From NCBI GenBank assembly GCA_038087875.1, contig CM076000.1:248001-312000 (forward strand): a stretch of 64,000 nt of DNA, in the 5' to 3' direction. This DNA comes from Malacoraja senta (taxonomy: Eukaryota). Position numbers and translations under genes: made by a program. How positions within the stretch are numbered: the first letter of the stretch is position 1; every line of letters starts with the position of its first letter. Positions 1 to 13,340 of this stretch are shown piece after piece. Below the pieces are notes generated by a model. The model had not been told where the DNA came from. It was given only the letters and a program-made list of their open reading frames with translations, and did not search any database.

Positions 1-377
1 CCCCATTCTCCTGCCTTCTCCCCATAACTCCCCCACCCCCAAGGAGGGGGGAAGTTGATGAGAATGTGGGATAAATAAAATATATGATTGACAAAGTATT
101 AGCTTAAACGGTTAATTGATGATCAGTGTGGGCTTGGTCTGCCAAAAGGATTGTGTTCCACATTGCATCTCTTTCTAAGACCTACAATCTTTCAGTCAAA
201 TTTCAGGCCTTGTAAGATGAAGCCAATATGGACTTCGAGTAAAAATAAACTATTTATTTTTTTGGTTTTCCAAGCTGACATGTCATCAAAACAAAAACAA
301 TGTTATGCAAGGCACACTGAAACCTATCTAGCATTGGTTCTGATGTATGCTGAAACAAAATTCTTGTGTCTTCACAG

Positions 378-663
378 AGAACAAAATTCACGGCATCCCA
401 GTCAGAAAGTATGGAATCTGAGGACAATTACGTGCCAATGAACCCAGGTTCCTTGTCTCCATTTAATACAACTAACCCGGAAAGTCATCAAGATGTCTAT
501 ATGCCCATGAGTCCTGGTCCCCACCACTTTGACTTCTCTGGATTCTCTTCAGCCACGTTTCCTTCCCGCAAAGGAAGTACGGCTTCTTTCTGCCTCAAAG
601 CTAATTTTCCTGCAGAGTTGCTGCCGCCTCCAGTCAATCGTAATCTTAAACCAGACAGAAAAT
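378..663 (+). CDS. gab2: GAB2 internal coding exon (two YxxM PI3K-p85 sites and the atypical Grb2-SH3 motif)
   Basis: Acceptor ttcacAG at 376-377, donor GTgagt at 664. Translates RTKFTASQSESMESEDNYVPMNPG...DVYMPMSPGPHHFD...PPPVNRNLKPDRK, matching recalled human GAB2 SEDNYVPMNPG/VYIPMSPGAHHFD/PPPVNRNLKPDRK. Ends in phase 1. Confidence 0.93.
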
Positions 664-1379
664 GTGAGTTTTTACAGTTTCATTAACATTTACTGTAACT
701 GGAAAATATTTTCTTTTAAGATCCATAAATGCAGTGCAGTGGCACAGTGCGTAACCTACCAGACTTATAATTCTGAGAACTAGACAAATATTCCTGAACA
801 GGTTCAAAACCATCTCAGTAATAACTTAACATTTTTAAAAATCCTAGCTTTGAGTATGATGGCAAAATAGCCAGATTGATGTAAAGTTCATCTGCTTCAC
901 AAATGCCCTGCAGGGGAGAAACCTGCCATCATTACCCAGTCTGTGTAATATGGATGTGCCAACCCGGTTGAGTCTCAAATGTCTGTAAGGCACTCAATTC
1001 CAAGGCAGTTTGGGACAGTCAATAAATGTTGTTTTTTCAGTGACACCCAGATCCTGAAAAATGAATAAATTAAAAAATAAAGTTTAATCTTCAACATAAT
1101 ACATTGTTATAGGTTGTCACTGTGAGAAATTTGCAGTCAGACAACGGCAAACATTCAAGGATGTCCTCAAAGCCTTCCTGGCAATGTAACATCCCCAATG
1201 GCTCCTTGGAATCTTAGGCTTATGTCCGATTAACATGGTGAAGGAGCGTTTGGGATAGTACTGGGAACCTCAAGACCATGTATATGAAACATGCAGAGGT
1301 CCTCATGAAACACCAGGAGCAAACCATGTCACAAACTCTCTGTCCACTCTTCCGTTGGGCCACCAGCTGCTCGATGTGT

Positions 1380-4300
1380 GGGTTTAAACTAAATAGTGGG
1401 GGGGAGGGATTGACAAATTGGGAGTATAAAGATGGAGTTAAAGGGAAAGTGAGTGCAGGAAAAGTTACAAAAGACTCCCGAATTAATGGGAAGGAAAGTT
1501 CAAGAAGGGATAAGAGAGTGTCAGGGCCAATAGTGAGGGGGGAGATGTATACCGAAGCCAAAGTGTTGTATACGAATGCACGAAGTATAAGTAATAAAGT
1601 GGATGAGCTTGAGGCTCAGTTAGAAATTGGCAAGTATGATGTTGTGGGAATTACAGAGACATGGCTGCAAGAGGACCAGGGCTGGGAACTGAATATTCAA
1701 GGGTATATGTCCTATCGAAAAAACAGATAGATGGGCAGAGGAGGTGGGTAGCTCTGTTGGTGAAGAATGAAATTCAGTCCCTTGCGAGGGGTGACATCGA
1801 ATCAGGAGATGTGGAGTCAGTATGGATAGAACTGAGAAATTGTAAGGGCAAAAAGACCCTAATGGGTGTTATCTACAGCCCCCAAACGTAGCCTGGATAT
1901 AGGGTGCAAGTTGAATCAAGAGTTAAAATTGGCATGTTGTAAAGGTAATGCTACGGTTGTTATGGGAGATTTCAATAACATGCTGGGAGACTGGGAAAAT
2001 CAGGTTGGTACTGGACCCCAAGAAAAGGAGTTTGTGGAGTGCCTCCATGATGGAGTCTTAGAGCAGCTTGTACTGGAGCGTACCAGGGAGAAGGGAATTT
2101 TGGATTTAATGTTGTATAATGAACCTGATTTGACAAGGGAACTCGAGGTAAAGGAGCCATTGGGAGATAGTGACCATAATATGGTCAGTTTTAATCTACA
2201 ATTGGAGAGGGAGAAGGGTAAATCAGAGGTGTCAGTATTACAGTTGAACAAAGGGGACTATGAAGCCATGCATGCGGAGCTGGCCAAATTTCACTGGAAA
2301 GAGACCCTAGCAGTGGACAACAATGGCAGGTATTTCTGGGAATAATACAGAAAGTGCAGGATCAGTTCATTCCAAAGAGGAAGAAAGATTCCAAGGGGAG
2401 TAAGGGACGGCCATGGCTGACAAGGGAAGTCAGGGACAGTATAAAAAATAAAAGAGAACAAGTATAACATAGCAAAGATGAGCGGGAAGCCAGAGGATTA
2501 GGTAACTTTAAAGAGCAACAGAAGATAACTAAAAAGGCAATACGGGGAGAAAAGATGAGGTGCGAAGGTAAGCTAGCCAAGAATATAAAGGAAGATATTA
2601 AAAGCTTCTTTAGGTATGTGAAGAGGAAAAAATTCGTTAAGACCAAAATTGGACCCTTGAAGACTGAAAAAGGAAAATTTATTATGGGGAACAAGGAAAT
2701 GGCAGACGAGTTGAACAGGTACTTTGGATCCATCTTCACTAAGGAGGACACAAACAATCTCGCTGATGTACTAGTGGCCAGAGGATCTAGGGTGACGGAG
2801 GAACTGAAGGAAATTCACATTAAGCAGGAAATGGTGCTGGGTAGACTGATGGAACTGAAAGCTGATAAATCCCCAGGGACTGATGGTCTGCATCCCAGTG
2901 TACTTAAGGAAGTGGCTCTTGAAATTGTGGATGCATTGGTGATCATTTTCTAATGTTCTATAGATTCAGGATCAGTTCCTGGGGATTGGAGGGTAGCTAA
3001 TGTTATCCCACTTTAAAAAAAAGGCAGGAGTGAGAAAACAAGGAATTATAGACCAGTTAGCCTGACATTGGTGGTGGGGAAGATGCTGGAGTCAATTATA
3101 AAAGATGAAATAGCGGCACATTTGGATAGCAGTAGCAGGATCGGTCAGCATGGTTTTACGAAGGGGAAATCATGCTTGACGAATCTTCTGGAATTTTTTG
3201 AGGATGTAACTGGGAATATGGACAAGGGAGAGCCAGTGGATGTAGTGTACCTGGACATTCAGAAATCATTTGATAAGGTCCCACATAGGAGATGAGTGGA
3301 CAAAATTAGAGCAAATGGCATTGAGGGTAGGGTGCTGACATGGATAGAAAATTGGTTGGCAGACAGGAAACAAAGAGTAGGGATTAACGGGTCCCTTTCA
3401 GAATGGCAGGCAGGTACTAGTGGGGTGCCGCAAGGCTCGGTGCTGGGACCGCAGCTATTTACAATATATATTAATGATTTAGATGAAGGGATTAAAAGTA
3501 ACATTAGCAAATTTGCAGATGACACAAAGCTGGGTGGCAGTGTGAACTGTAAGGAGGATGCTATGAGGATGCAGGGTGACTTGGACAGGTTGGGTGAGTG
3601 GGCAGATGCATGGCAGATGCAGTTTAATGTGGATAAATGTGAGGTTATCCACTTTGGTGACAAAAACAGGAAGGCAGATTATTATCCAAATGGTGTCAAA
3701 TTGCGAAAAGGGGAAGTACAACGGGATCTGGGGGGTCCTTGTTCATCAGTCACAGAAAGTAAGCATGCAGGTACAGCAGGCAGTGAAGAAAGCGAATGGC
3801 ATGTTGGCCTTCATAACAAGGGTAGTTGAGTATAGGAGCAAAGAGGTCCTTGTGCAGTTGTACAGGGCCCTAGTGAGATCACACCTGGAGTATTGTGTGC
3901 AGTTTTGGTCTCCAAACTTGAGGAAGGACATTCTTGCTATTGAGGGAGTGCAGTGTAGGTTCACAAGGTTAATTCCCGGGATGGCGGGACTGTCATATGT
4001 TGCTAGAATGGAGTGGCTGGGCTTGAAATCCCTCCAATTTAGGATGATAGGGGATCAGTGAAACATATAAGATTATTAAGGGTTTGGACACTCTAGAGGC
4101 AGGAAACATGTTCCCGATGTTCGGGGTGTGCAGAACCAGGGGCCACAGTTTAAGAGGGGTAAGCCATTTAGAACGGAGATGAGCAAATACTTTTTCACAC
4201 GGAGATTTGTGAGTCTGTGGAATTCTCTGCCTCAGAGGGCGTTGGAGGACGGTTCTCTGGATGCTTTCAAGTGAGAGTTAGATAAAGCTCTTAAAGATAG

Positions 4301-4428
4301 CGGAGTCAAGGGATATGGGGAGAAGGCAGGAACGGGGTGCTGATTGCGGATGATTAGCCATGATCACATTGAATGGTGGTGCTGGCTCGAAGGGCCAAAT
4401 GGCCTACTCCTGCATCTATTGTCTATTG
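1380..4428 (+). mobile_element. CR1 LINE, near-complete ORF2 (APE endonuclease plus RT), disabled by frameshifts and stops
   Basis: [66 protein letters not shown]; 3' end GGGCCAAATGGCCTACTCCTG followed by a (GTCTATT)n tail. Confidence 0.93.
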
Positions 4429-4738
4429 CAGTGGTTCTTAACCTGGGGGTCGGGATCTCATGGGGGGTCGTTTGGGGCTTTTCCGGGGGACATGAAGGGG
4501 TCATGAATAACATATCCATTTGTTGAGTAGGCAAAATGTGTGAAGAAGGGTTTCGGCCCGAAACGTTCCCTATTTCCTTCACTCCATAGATGCTGCCTCA
4601 CCCGCTGAGTTTCTCCAGCATTTTTGTCTACTATCCATTTGTTGAGCCCATTTTTAGGAAGCTAACAAAGGTACATACCACAATCAGTATTCTGTTCGCG
4701 TATGTACGTACGTATGCCAAAAAAGTTAAGAAACACTG
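4429..4738. mobile_element. hAT (Charlie-like) MITE inserted in the CR1 tail
   Basis: TIRs CAGTGGTTCTTAAC / GTTAAGAAACACTG (1 mismatch); 8-bp flank GTCTATTG at 4421-4428 and 4739-4746, although this lies within the tandem tail repeat. Confidence 0.8.
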
Positions 4739-5199
4739 GTCTATTGTCTATTGATCCATGGAAGTCTATAGATCCCACATTGGCCTCATCAGCCATTTCA
4801 GAATTCACAAAACAAGTGAAAGAGGGTCATCCTCAATCCCAAGGGACTGCGTCAGAAGAAACGTTGCCTATTTCCTTCGCTCCATAGATGCTGCTGCACC
4901 CGCTGAGTTTCTCCAGCATTTTTGTGTGCCTCAGAAGAAGACTCGGTTCCTTGTTAAAATAATCAAGACACCTGTAGATTTACCACAACTGTTGCAGTTG
5001 TGCATAGAAATTGTGCATAGAATATTAATTGTAGTTCACCAAAGTTCTCCTGGTGGGGGATTCTGGTATCAGGTTTTGAATTTGAAAATGGACCATGAAG
5101 TATCATAATTTCAAACATCTTTTCTGCTCCACGTTTCAGTCACGCAATTTGAAATGGTCATAAGTCACTAGTTAATGGTATACTCTTCTATATTTTGTG

Positions 5200-7574
5200 G
5201 GGGGTTTTAAAATATTTTTATTAGAAGTAAGTACAATTGTATACAATCATATTTTCATAATACATTTTATGTACAGCTTCTTATTTTTTTTTATAATAAA
5301 GAAGAAAAAGAAAAAGAGATTAGATAATGAGGTATAGAAAAATGTAAGATATATAGTGTGTGGAAAAGAAAAATAGAAAGTGAAAGAAGAAAGTTAAAGA
5401 ATAGAAAATAGGAAAAAGAGAATAAAAGAAGAAAAGGGAAGAAAAAGAAAAAAGAAGTAAGGAGATCTTATTTATAATCTTGACCAGCCCTCGCCCAGTC
5501 ACGAGTTAGCTTTTACAATTGTGTTGCACCATATGATTCCAAAAAGACGACAAATGGAGACCAACTCGTTGTGAATTGGTCAAATTTATCTATTAGGAGG
5601 AATCGCATTTCCTCAAGATGTGCGGTGTCCAACATACTTGCAATCCACATTTTGAGCGTTGGTATTGGTGTATTTTTCCCAAATTTAAGTATTAATTTTT
5701 TTGCTATTATTAAACCATAATTAAAAAATAATTTTTGAGATGGATTCAATTTATTCCCATCTTCCATTACCCCAAATATAATCAATTCATTATTAGGTTC
5801 CATTTTTATCTTAAATAATTTTGTGAATATTTCAAAAATATCACTCCAAAATCTATAAAGTTTTATACAGGAAACAAAAGAGTGTGTTATAGTTGCATCT
5901 TGGGTTAAACATTTATCGCAAGTGGGGGATATATTTGGGTAGAATTTATTTAATCTTGTTTTTGAGTAATATAATCTATGTAAAATTTTAAATTGAATTA
6001 GATTGTCTTGCATTAATCGAACATTTGTGAATGTATGTCAAATACTTTTCCCATGTAACCTTCGTAATTTTTATCATTAATTCCCGTTCCCACTCTTCTC
6101 TAAGTACCTCTGTCACTGGTAAATCTATATTTAAAATACTATTATATTAATATGATATAAATTTTTGTGTATCAGCTTTAATATTCATTGCTTCTTCCAA
6201 TAAATCAGGAATTATTTTTTGATATCCTTGTATGTATGTCTTCAAGAAATTGCAAATCTGAAGATATTTAAAATAATGATTGTTTTTCAATTTAAATTTT
6301 AATTGTAATTGTTGAAATGATAGTAAATCTCCCATTTCATACATATCCCCGATCCTTTTAATTCCTAAACTTTTCCATTGATTATATATTTTGTCCATAA
6401 GAGATGGTTTAAATAAAGGATTATTCGCTATTGGTGTTAACAATGATAGGTTTCTTAATTTTAAGGATAATTTTATTTGTTTCCATATTCTTATTGTATC
6501 CTGTATAATTGGGTTCTTCTTATATATTGTATTGTTCATTTTTTTCGGGGAGAAGAGGATCGTTCCTATATTACAAGGAAAACAATCCTCTTTCTCCATT
6601 TTTATCCATTCTGTCTGTTGGGTAGAACTATCCAACCAGTAAATTATATTCTTAATATGTATTGCCCAATAATAATACAGAAAATTCGGGAGTGAAAGTC
6701 CCCCGACATCTTTTGGTTTACATAAGTGTTCTTTTTTAATTCTATGTGATTTATAGTCCCAAACAAAATTAGTAATATTAGAGTTTAATTTAGAATATAT
6801 ATATTTTGGTACATATACTGGTATAGACTGAAATAGGTATAATAACTGTGGTAGAAAGATCATTTTTATAGCGTTTATTGTACCTATTAATGATAAAGGA
6901 AGTGTTTTCCAAAATTTAATCATTATATTAAGTTTGTTTATTAAAGGTATAAAATTGGCATTGAATAAAGCTTTATGTTTTCTAGTAATCTGAATACCCA
7001 GATATTTAAATTTTTCTGTTGCTATTTTAAAGGGGAACTTCAGTAAGTGTGTAGACTCTTGAGGTTTTAACATCATGATTTCACTTTTGTTCCAATTTAT
7101 TCTATATCCAGAAAAGGACCCAAATTCCTCTATTAAGTTTAATAAATTTGGTATGCTCGTTTGTGAGTTTGTTCATATATCGTCTGCATATAATGAAATT
7201 TTATTATTTGAGTCCCTAGTATTATAACCCTGAATATTCGGATGACTTCTTATACTTTCAGCCAAAGGTTCTATCATAAGGGCGAATAGTAGGGGTGATA
7301 AAGCACATCCCTGCCTATTACAACTTGATAATTGACATTTTTGAGATAACATATTATTAGTTAATATTCTTGCCATCGGTTTATCATATAATAATTTCAC
7401 CCATGTAATAAAATTATCTCCCATATTAAACTTTTGTAATACTTTGTATAAATACTGCCATTCTACCTGATCAAATGCTTTCTCTGCGTCCAAAGAAATA
7501 ATTGATATATCTTCTTCCTCCACTTTATGTGAGTACATTATATTAAACAAGCGTCTCAAATTATTAAATTAATA
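5200..7574 (-). mobile_element. 5'-truncated L1-clade LINE (RT to C-terminal Cys-rich domain plus 3' UTR)
   Basis: SLDAEKAFDQVEW, RQGCALSPLLF, YADD and CDKC...HSFVSC on the minus strand; AATAAA on - near 5217-5222; 13-bp TSD TCTATATTTTGTG at 5187-5199 and 7575-7587. Confidence 0.9.
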
Positions 7575-7599
7575 TCTATATTTTGTGTTTATATTTCAG

Positions 7600-7690
7600 C
7601 CAAGGCAGGACCGTTGGAAACAAGAAACCACACAGTCATTGATGAGCTTCCTTTCAAGTCCCCTGTTACCAGATCTTGGTCCAGGCCAGT
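7600..7690 (+). CDS. gab2: GAB2 coding exon
   Basis: Acceptor tttcAG at 7598-7599, donor GTaagt at 7691. In frame with the previous exon: (S)KAGPLETRNHTVIDELPFKSPVTRSWSRP(V), versus human RNNTVIDELPFKSPITKSWSR. Confidence 0.93.
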
Positions 7691-9070
7691 GTAAGTCTTT
7701 ATCTCAAAGCTCACAAGAACACTAATTGTAACTAATATTTAACAAATCTTTACTTCTTGCTGGCAAATATCTCAGTCGGTTAGGCAGCATCTGTGGAAAA
7801 AGAGTCAAAGTTTTGGCTCAAGTGAATTCTTGTTTTATTCATTGGTTAATAATATTTAATTCATTTATTGCTTGGTGGGAAAGTCCATCTCCTTAAAATA
7901 AAAACAAGTGCTGGAAATGCTCAATAGATCACAAGAGAGTTATAAATTTAACGTTCAAGGGTGATAAAAAGTTGTAACTCATTATAAGCAGGTGCAGAAG
8001 CTGCAAAATGGTGGTGGGGGCCAAGACAGGGTCGAGCCTCAGCTGGAGAGGATGGTAGAAACTCCCTGCCTGACCTGCTGCACATTTCTAGCATCCTGCA
8101 ACTTTTCAGATTTTCAATATCCACACTACTTGATGTCTACTGAGTCAGACCTCTTCCAGAAATGTTGATCTTGGAGTTCTGCTCTTCACTTCCCACAGGA
8201 TTGCGTTTCAGAGTTCCATTTTATTTTCCCTTGGCAACTATCTCAGATTTACTTCTCATTGGTTCAACCAAAATTAAGCCCTCCGTGTTTTGGATCCATC
8301 ACTAATTATAGGCCATCCATGATCTTCAGCAGTCCTCAAGCACTACTCTTGCTGCATCCTGAGATCCACGTACAGCCATATCTGGGCACCCAACCTTTCT
8401 TCAGCAACACCATCTCACTTTGTCTCCAAGTTTTGTTCTGGTCGGCTTCCATTTCATTCTTTGTCTGATCCACTGCATTAGTAAAACACATTTTTTCTTT
8501 CAAGATTCCATTCTTCTGCAACTCATGGGAATCAACCCTCCCGCTGATCCTTCATGGTATTCACATTCCTCTAACTCCACCCAACATCAGACTTTGATAT
8601 GGGCCCATTGCTTCCTCATTCCTTTTGCTCTCCGAGTTCAAGCAATTATTCTGCCGTAAAGGTCCCCAACCTCATCTGCTCATAATACCATTAAAATTAA
8701 TACCGAGCTTGGCTTAATGCCTCTACATTAACCCCTTGAGTCAGAAATCTGCCAAGCCCAATTGTTCTCCCTCTGTACTACAGATCCTATCTCACATTTT
8801 TAGTTCTTGTTTTTCTGGTTTCTTACACTCCCTCTTTGTCATGTAGTCTATCTCCAATTATTCATCCACCTTTTTATCTAACTGGTTTTGGGCTTCACCT
8901 TTACATAGGAATACAGAAAACATTCAGCCCTTGCTATAGGCCAGAGCTCATGAAGCACCTAACATCAACTCTCCTACAACTGGTCTCTCTACTTAATTTT
9001 ATCATGAACAGGATGTACCCTGGTTACAGTTATATTCCTTGAATAAAAATTGTGCTATTATTGATTCCAG

Positions 9071-9173
9071 AACGGCTGTCAACCCCATTTCTTCACAAAA
9101 TTGCCGCCCGTTGTCAACACAGAGCGTCACCAGCACTGACTCAGGAGACAGTGAAGAAAACTATGTTGCAATG
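9071..9173 (+). CDS. gab2: GAB2 coding exon (third YxxM site, here YVAM)
   Basis: Acceptor ttccAG at 9069-9070, donor GTaagt at 9174. TAVNPISSQNCRPLSTQSVTSTDSGDSEENYVAM, versus human CRPISTQSITSTDSGDSEENYVPM. Confidence 0.95.
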
Positions 9174-10469
9174 GTAAGTAGGCCAAAAATGTACACACAC
9201 ATTTTATTGACAAATTTACATTACTGAAGGTAGCCAAGATGCAATGCTAACTTTGATTATACAAGCATATTGAAATTAAAGACAATGAAGGACTTGCCTG
9301 GGCATTCCACACCATTCCATATAGGTCACACTCATCACCTGAAATGCAAAAATAATTTGCTTGACAAATCCTTATTAGAGTTGATTTTTAGTTTGATTTT
9401 GAAGTGGCATTTTATTTTTGTTACTTAGAGTCCACCAAATTTCATGAGCATGCTTCTACAAGCAGGATAGGACTTGGGTTTTTTGCAGGTCCTTCCTATT
9501 ATAACCTAGATTTTGCTTTCTACAATGCACACCTGTAATACCTCTGTAGTGAGAGTCATGAGGAACCTGCACACACCATACCAGCCCCAATGCACCGTCT
9601 TAAACATGCCCAGATAGAGGGGCCATTCCTACAAACTAATAACCCACTGTGAGTGGCTCGATTATAATCACGTATTGTCTTTCCGCTTACTAGTTAGTAC
9701 CCAACAAAAGCTTTTCACTGTACCTCGGCACACGTGACAATAAACTAAACTATCTAACTAAATTAATCTAACTAAACTGAACACGCTGATTCACAGAACC
9801 ATGCATTTCATCTGCAATCCCAAATTCTGTCTCCATACTCAAATCAGATTTGACTGCATGATAGTGAGGTGGAATTGGCCCTTGAAGCGATTGACTGGTT
9901 CCAAGCTCAATGAAGTCTCACGGCATCATGGACAAGGAAATATCCTGCTGATGATTGCTGAGCACAGCCGCTCAATTGATGAATCATTAACACCAATTGA
10001 AAGAAACATCTAAGAGTAGCATGGCACAAAATGTCTTCTAGATGAGGAACTTCAGTACTTATCACCAGGTGTAACCCACAGCACAAATATTAACTGTGCT
10101 GACCAAATCGTGAGGTGCGCAGCTAACAGCCGAGCCTGTATCAGACGAGGGGAGAGGCAGTATGATGAATAACCCTAGTTAACCTCACCCTTGCCAATCT
10201 ACATGGGGGAGATGCATAATTCCTTTGAATAATCTTCATCATGCAGACTCAGTGTGAATAGAATAAATTTGGATAGATCTGACAGCTCAAATTGGGAATT
10301 TTGAAGCAGAATTAATTTTCCGCCACGATCCGTCCTCATGGCCTTTGAATCAATATCCCTCCATGTATCAAGACCAGGCAAGAATCTTGGTTCAGGGAAG
10401 TTTATAGAAGAATATGCTGGGAATAGCATCAGGCCCACTAAAAACACATTCATGCCAAAGCGCAGAATA

Positions 10470-11472
10470 TCATAGAAACATAGAAAATAGGTGCAGGAGT
10501 AGGCCATTCGGCCCTTCGAGCCTGCACCACCATTCGATATGATCATGGCTGATCATCCAACTCAGTATCCCATCCCTGCCTTCTCTCCATACCCCCTGAT
10601 CCCTTTAGCCACAAGGGCCACATCTAACTCCCTCTTAAATATAGCCAATGAACTGGCCTCAACTACCTTCTCTGCCAGAGAATTCCACAGATTCACCACT
10701 CTCTGTGTAAAAAATGATTTTCTCATCTCGGTCCTAAAAGACTTCCCTCTTATCCTTAAACTGTGATCCCTAGTTCTGGACTTCCCCAACATCGGGAATA
10801 ATCTTCCTGCATCTAGCCTGTCCAACCCCTTAAGAATTTTGTAAGTTTCTATAAGATCCCCCCTCAATCTTCTAAATTCTAGCGTGTACAAGCCGAGTCT
10901 ATCCAGTCTTTCTTCATATGAAAGTCCTGCCATCCCAGGAATCAGTCTGGTGAACCTTCTCTGTACTCCCTCTATGGCAAGAATGTCTTTCCTCAGATTA
11001 GGAGACCAAAACTGTACGCAATGCTCCAGGTGTGGTCTCACCAAGACCCTGTACAACTGCAGTAGAACCTCCCTGCTCTTATACTCAAATCCTTTTGCTA
11101 TGAATGCTAACATACCATTTGCTTTCTTCACTGCCTGCTGCACCTGCATGCCTACTTTCAATGACTGGTGTACCATGACACCCAGGTCTCGTTGCATCTC
11201 CCCTTTTCCTAATCGGCCACCACTCAGATAATAGTCTACTTTCCTGTTTTTGCCACCAAAGTGGATAACCTCACATTTATCCACATTATACTGCATCTGC
11301 CATGCATTTGCCCACTCACCCAACCTATCCAAGTCACCTTGCAGCCTCCTAGCATCCTCCTCACAGCTAACACTGCCCCCCAGCTTCGTGTCATCCGCAA
11401 ACTTGGAGATGTTGCATTCAATTCCCTCATCCAGATCATTAATATATATTAATATATATTGTAAATAGCTGG
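10470..11472 (-). mobile_element. 5'-truncated young CR1 LINE
   Basis: Open RT C-terminal frame (KFADDTK...RPHLEHCVQFWSP...FFTQRVVNLWNSL) and a (CTATGTTT)-type tail; very similar to 60820-61810. Confidence 0.92.
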
Positions 11473-12578
11473 TACATAGTAAATCATGATGTAGGTAGAG
11501 CTATAAAACGGACAATGGCCATGCATTCGAAACTCACATCAGATGAGTAAACAGAAAGTGAGAAGTGGAATACGAGTTCATCACGTTTCATTTGATGACT
11601 GAAATGACTGTCAGTGCTCCAGATGCAGAGAACCCATTTCAAATGATTGCTTCAATAGAAAACCTGCCATAAAAAAGTTAAATTGATTCCCTTCTTAAAA
11701 GCAAAGTCATATTTATGCAATTCCACTGAAGCAAAGAAAGGTGTGTGTTTATAAAGCACCTTTCGTGTATTCTAGATGCCTCAAAGTGTTTTACAGCTAA
11801 TGATTTATGGGTTGTCACTGTAGGAAACTGCCCTCTTCCTAGAGCTAAATTACTTCTTGCAATGTTTAAAGGGCAACTATTCCAGGAAGCCATGCTTTTA
11901 AAACAAAATATTGCAGCAGTATAAATATTCAGGTCCCCGTTCTAAAAATGCCTAAATGAAACAAAATTACAATTTAATTTAACACTTCAGGCAGTGCTAC
12001 ATGATGTGCCTTTGTCCAATTGGTTGTATCCTTATGTACTGTTGATCAGAATACTTAAAACTTGAAAATATTAGTCATGATTGTCAGCATGATCTGTCTA
12101 TAAATGCAAATTCATGGATTTCGTAAATGAAGATAAAACATCTTAAGTGGGGTCATGTGCAAGGAATTAAATTTGCAAGCATTTGAAGGGGCATGTGCAC
12201 CGATCCTTAATTGTCATTGGACAAATATGATTTGCATCCATAACTTTGTTATATGTAATTTTTTTGGACACATATTTGTGGAGCCCAAGATTATGCTAAT
12301 TTTCTCTTGCAAAGAAAAACATGTTTACTCAAGAATTAATTGGGGAATTAAGAAGTTCTGAATGTGACAAATCAGTAATTCACGAGTAAATATGTAATGT
12401 GTCATAACATTTAGCTCTATAGCTTTAGAATAAAACATTTTTTAAATAAAGTCATTAACATTGTTTTGGAAACCATAATTAGTAGTCATTTTTGTACGAG
12501 ATATACATTCCTGATTATTATTTTATTAATACTATAAAATGGAAACCATGTTATTTCAATTAATTTACATTACAATAG

Positions 12579-12701
12579 CAGAATCCAATTTCTACCTCTC
12601 CAATGAATGCTGTGACTGGCAGTCCTATTACCAGGAAGAGTGGAAGTGTTGATTATTTATCCTTGGATTTCATACCCGGTTCTCCTAGTCCTCATCGAAA
12701 G
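12579..12701 (+). CDS. gab2: GAB2 penultimate coding exon (first SHP2-binding tyrosine, VDYLSL)
   Basis: Acceptor tAG at 12577-12578 (tandem TAGCAG), donor GTaaat at 12702. 123 nt: QNPISTSPMNAVTGSPITRKSGSVDYLSLDFIPGSPSPHRK. Confidence 0.93.
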
Positions 12702-13340
12702 GTAAATCTTTGGGTTTGGATAATAGCTGATAATGTAACCATTAGATTTTTTTAATATTAGCACATATGTAAAAGTGTTCCAGTACAGAGGAAGGGTCTC
12801 AACCCGCAAAGTCAAGACAAGAGACATTGTCACATGTACCAATTGGTACAGTGAAATTAGTGGTCACTATTACAGCCATACGAATAAAAAAGGAGCACGA
12901 TAGTCTTTAACAGATATCCCCACACAGCAGAATCAAAGTCCATTTCCTTCCACAGTTACTGTCCAATCCATTGAGTTCCTCCAGAAGTTTGTTGTTTGCT
13001 CTTGTTTCTTATATTTGCAGTCTTTTGTGTCCCCATTGTATGTATTCTTGCATTAAATATGGGGTGTGTAATTTGATAAAATGTAAAATATCAGAATGGG
13101 GAAGATGCAATTTTTCTTGAATTATCTCAAGACGGGAAAAGCAAGCTGCTGCTTATGCTATTTTCCTATTTCTCGTTTTTTTAATGCTTTGTGCAATTGA
13201 ACAATTACTCTTTAGTCATCTAAAATGACTGATCTTCAGGTGTACTAATTGGTTTGTGAGAGTCAAGTGATAGCAAATATATTCAACCTGCGTTCAGTGA
13301 AATCAATTGCTGTAATGACCTGTATCTTATGTCTAACCAG

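Larger units (their letters stand above)
1140..4850 (+). mobile_element. Old RTE-type LINE 3' remnant split by younger insertions (pieces ~1140-1379 and ~4755-4850)
   Basis: Left piece reads like the RTE C-terminus (FKDVLKA..CNIP...TSCSMC); the right piece continues with RSHIGLISHFRIH, consistent with a C2H2-like tail of RTE ORFs. Confidence 0.55.

Noticed and set aside
10470..11472. Segmental duplication with 60820-61810
   Set aside because: Similarity is confined to the CR1 body, with different 5' truncation points and unrelated flanks, indicating independent insertions of one young subfamily.
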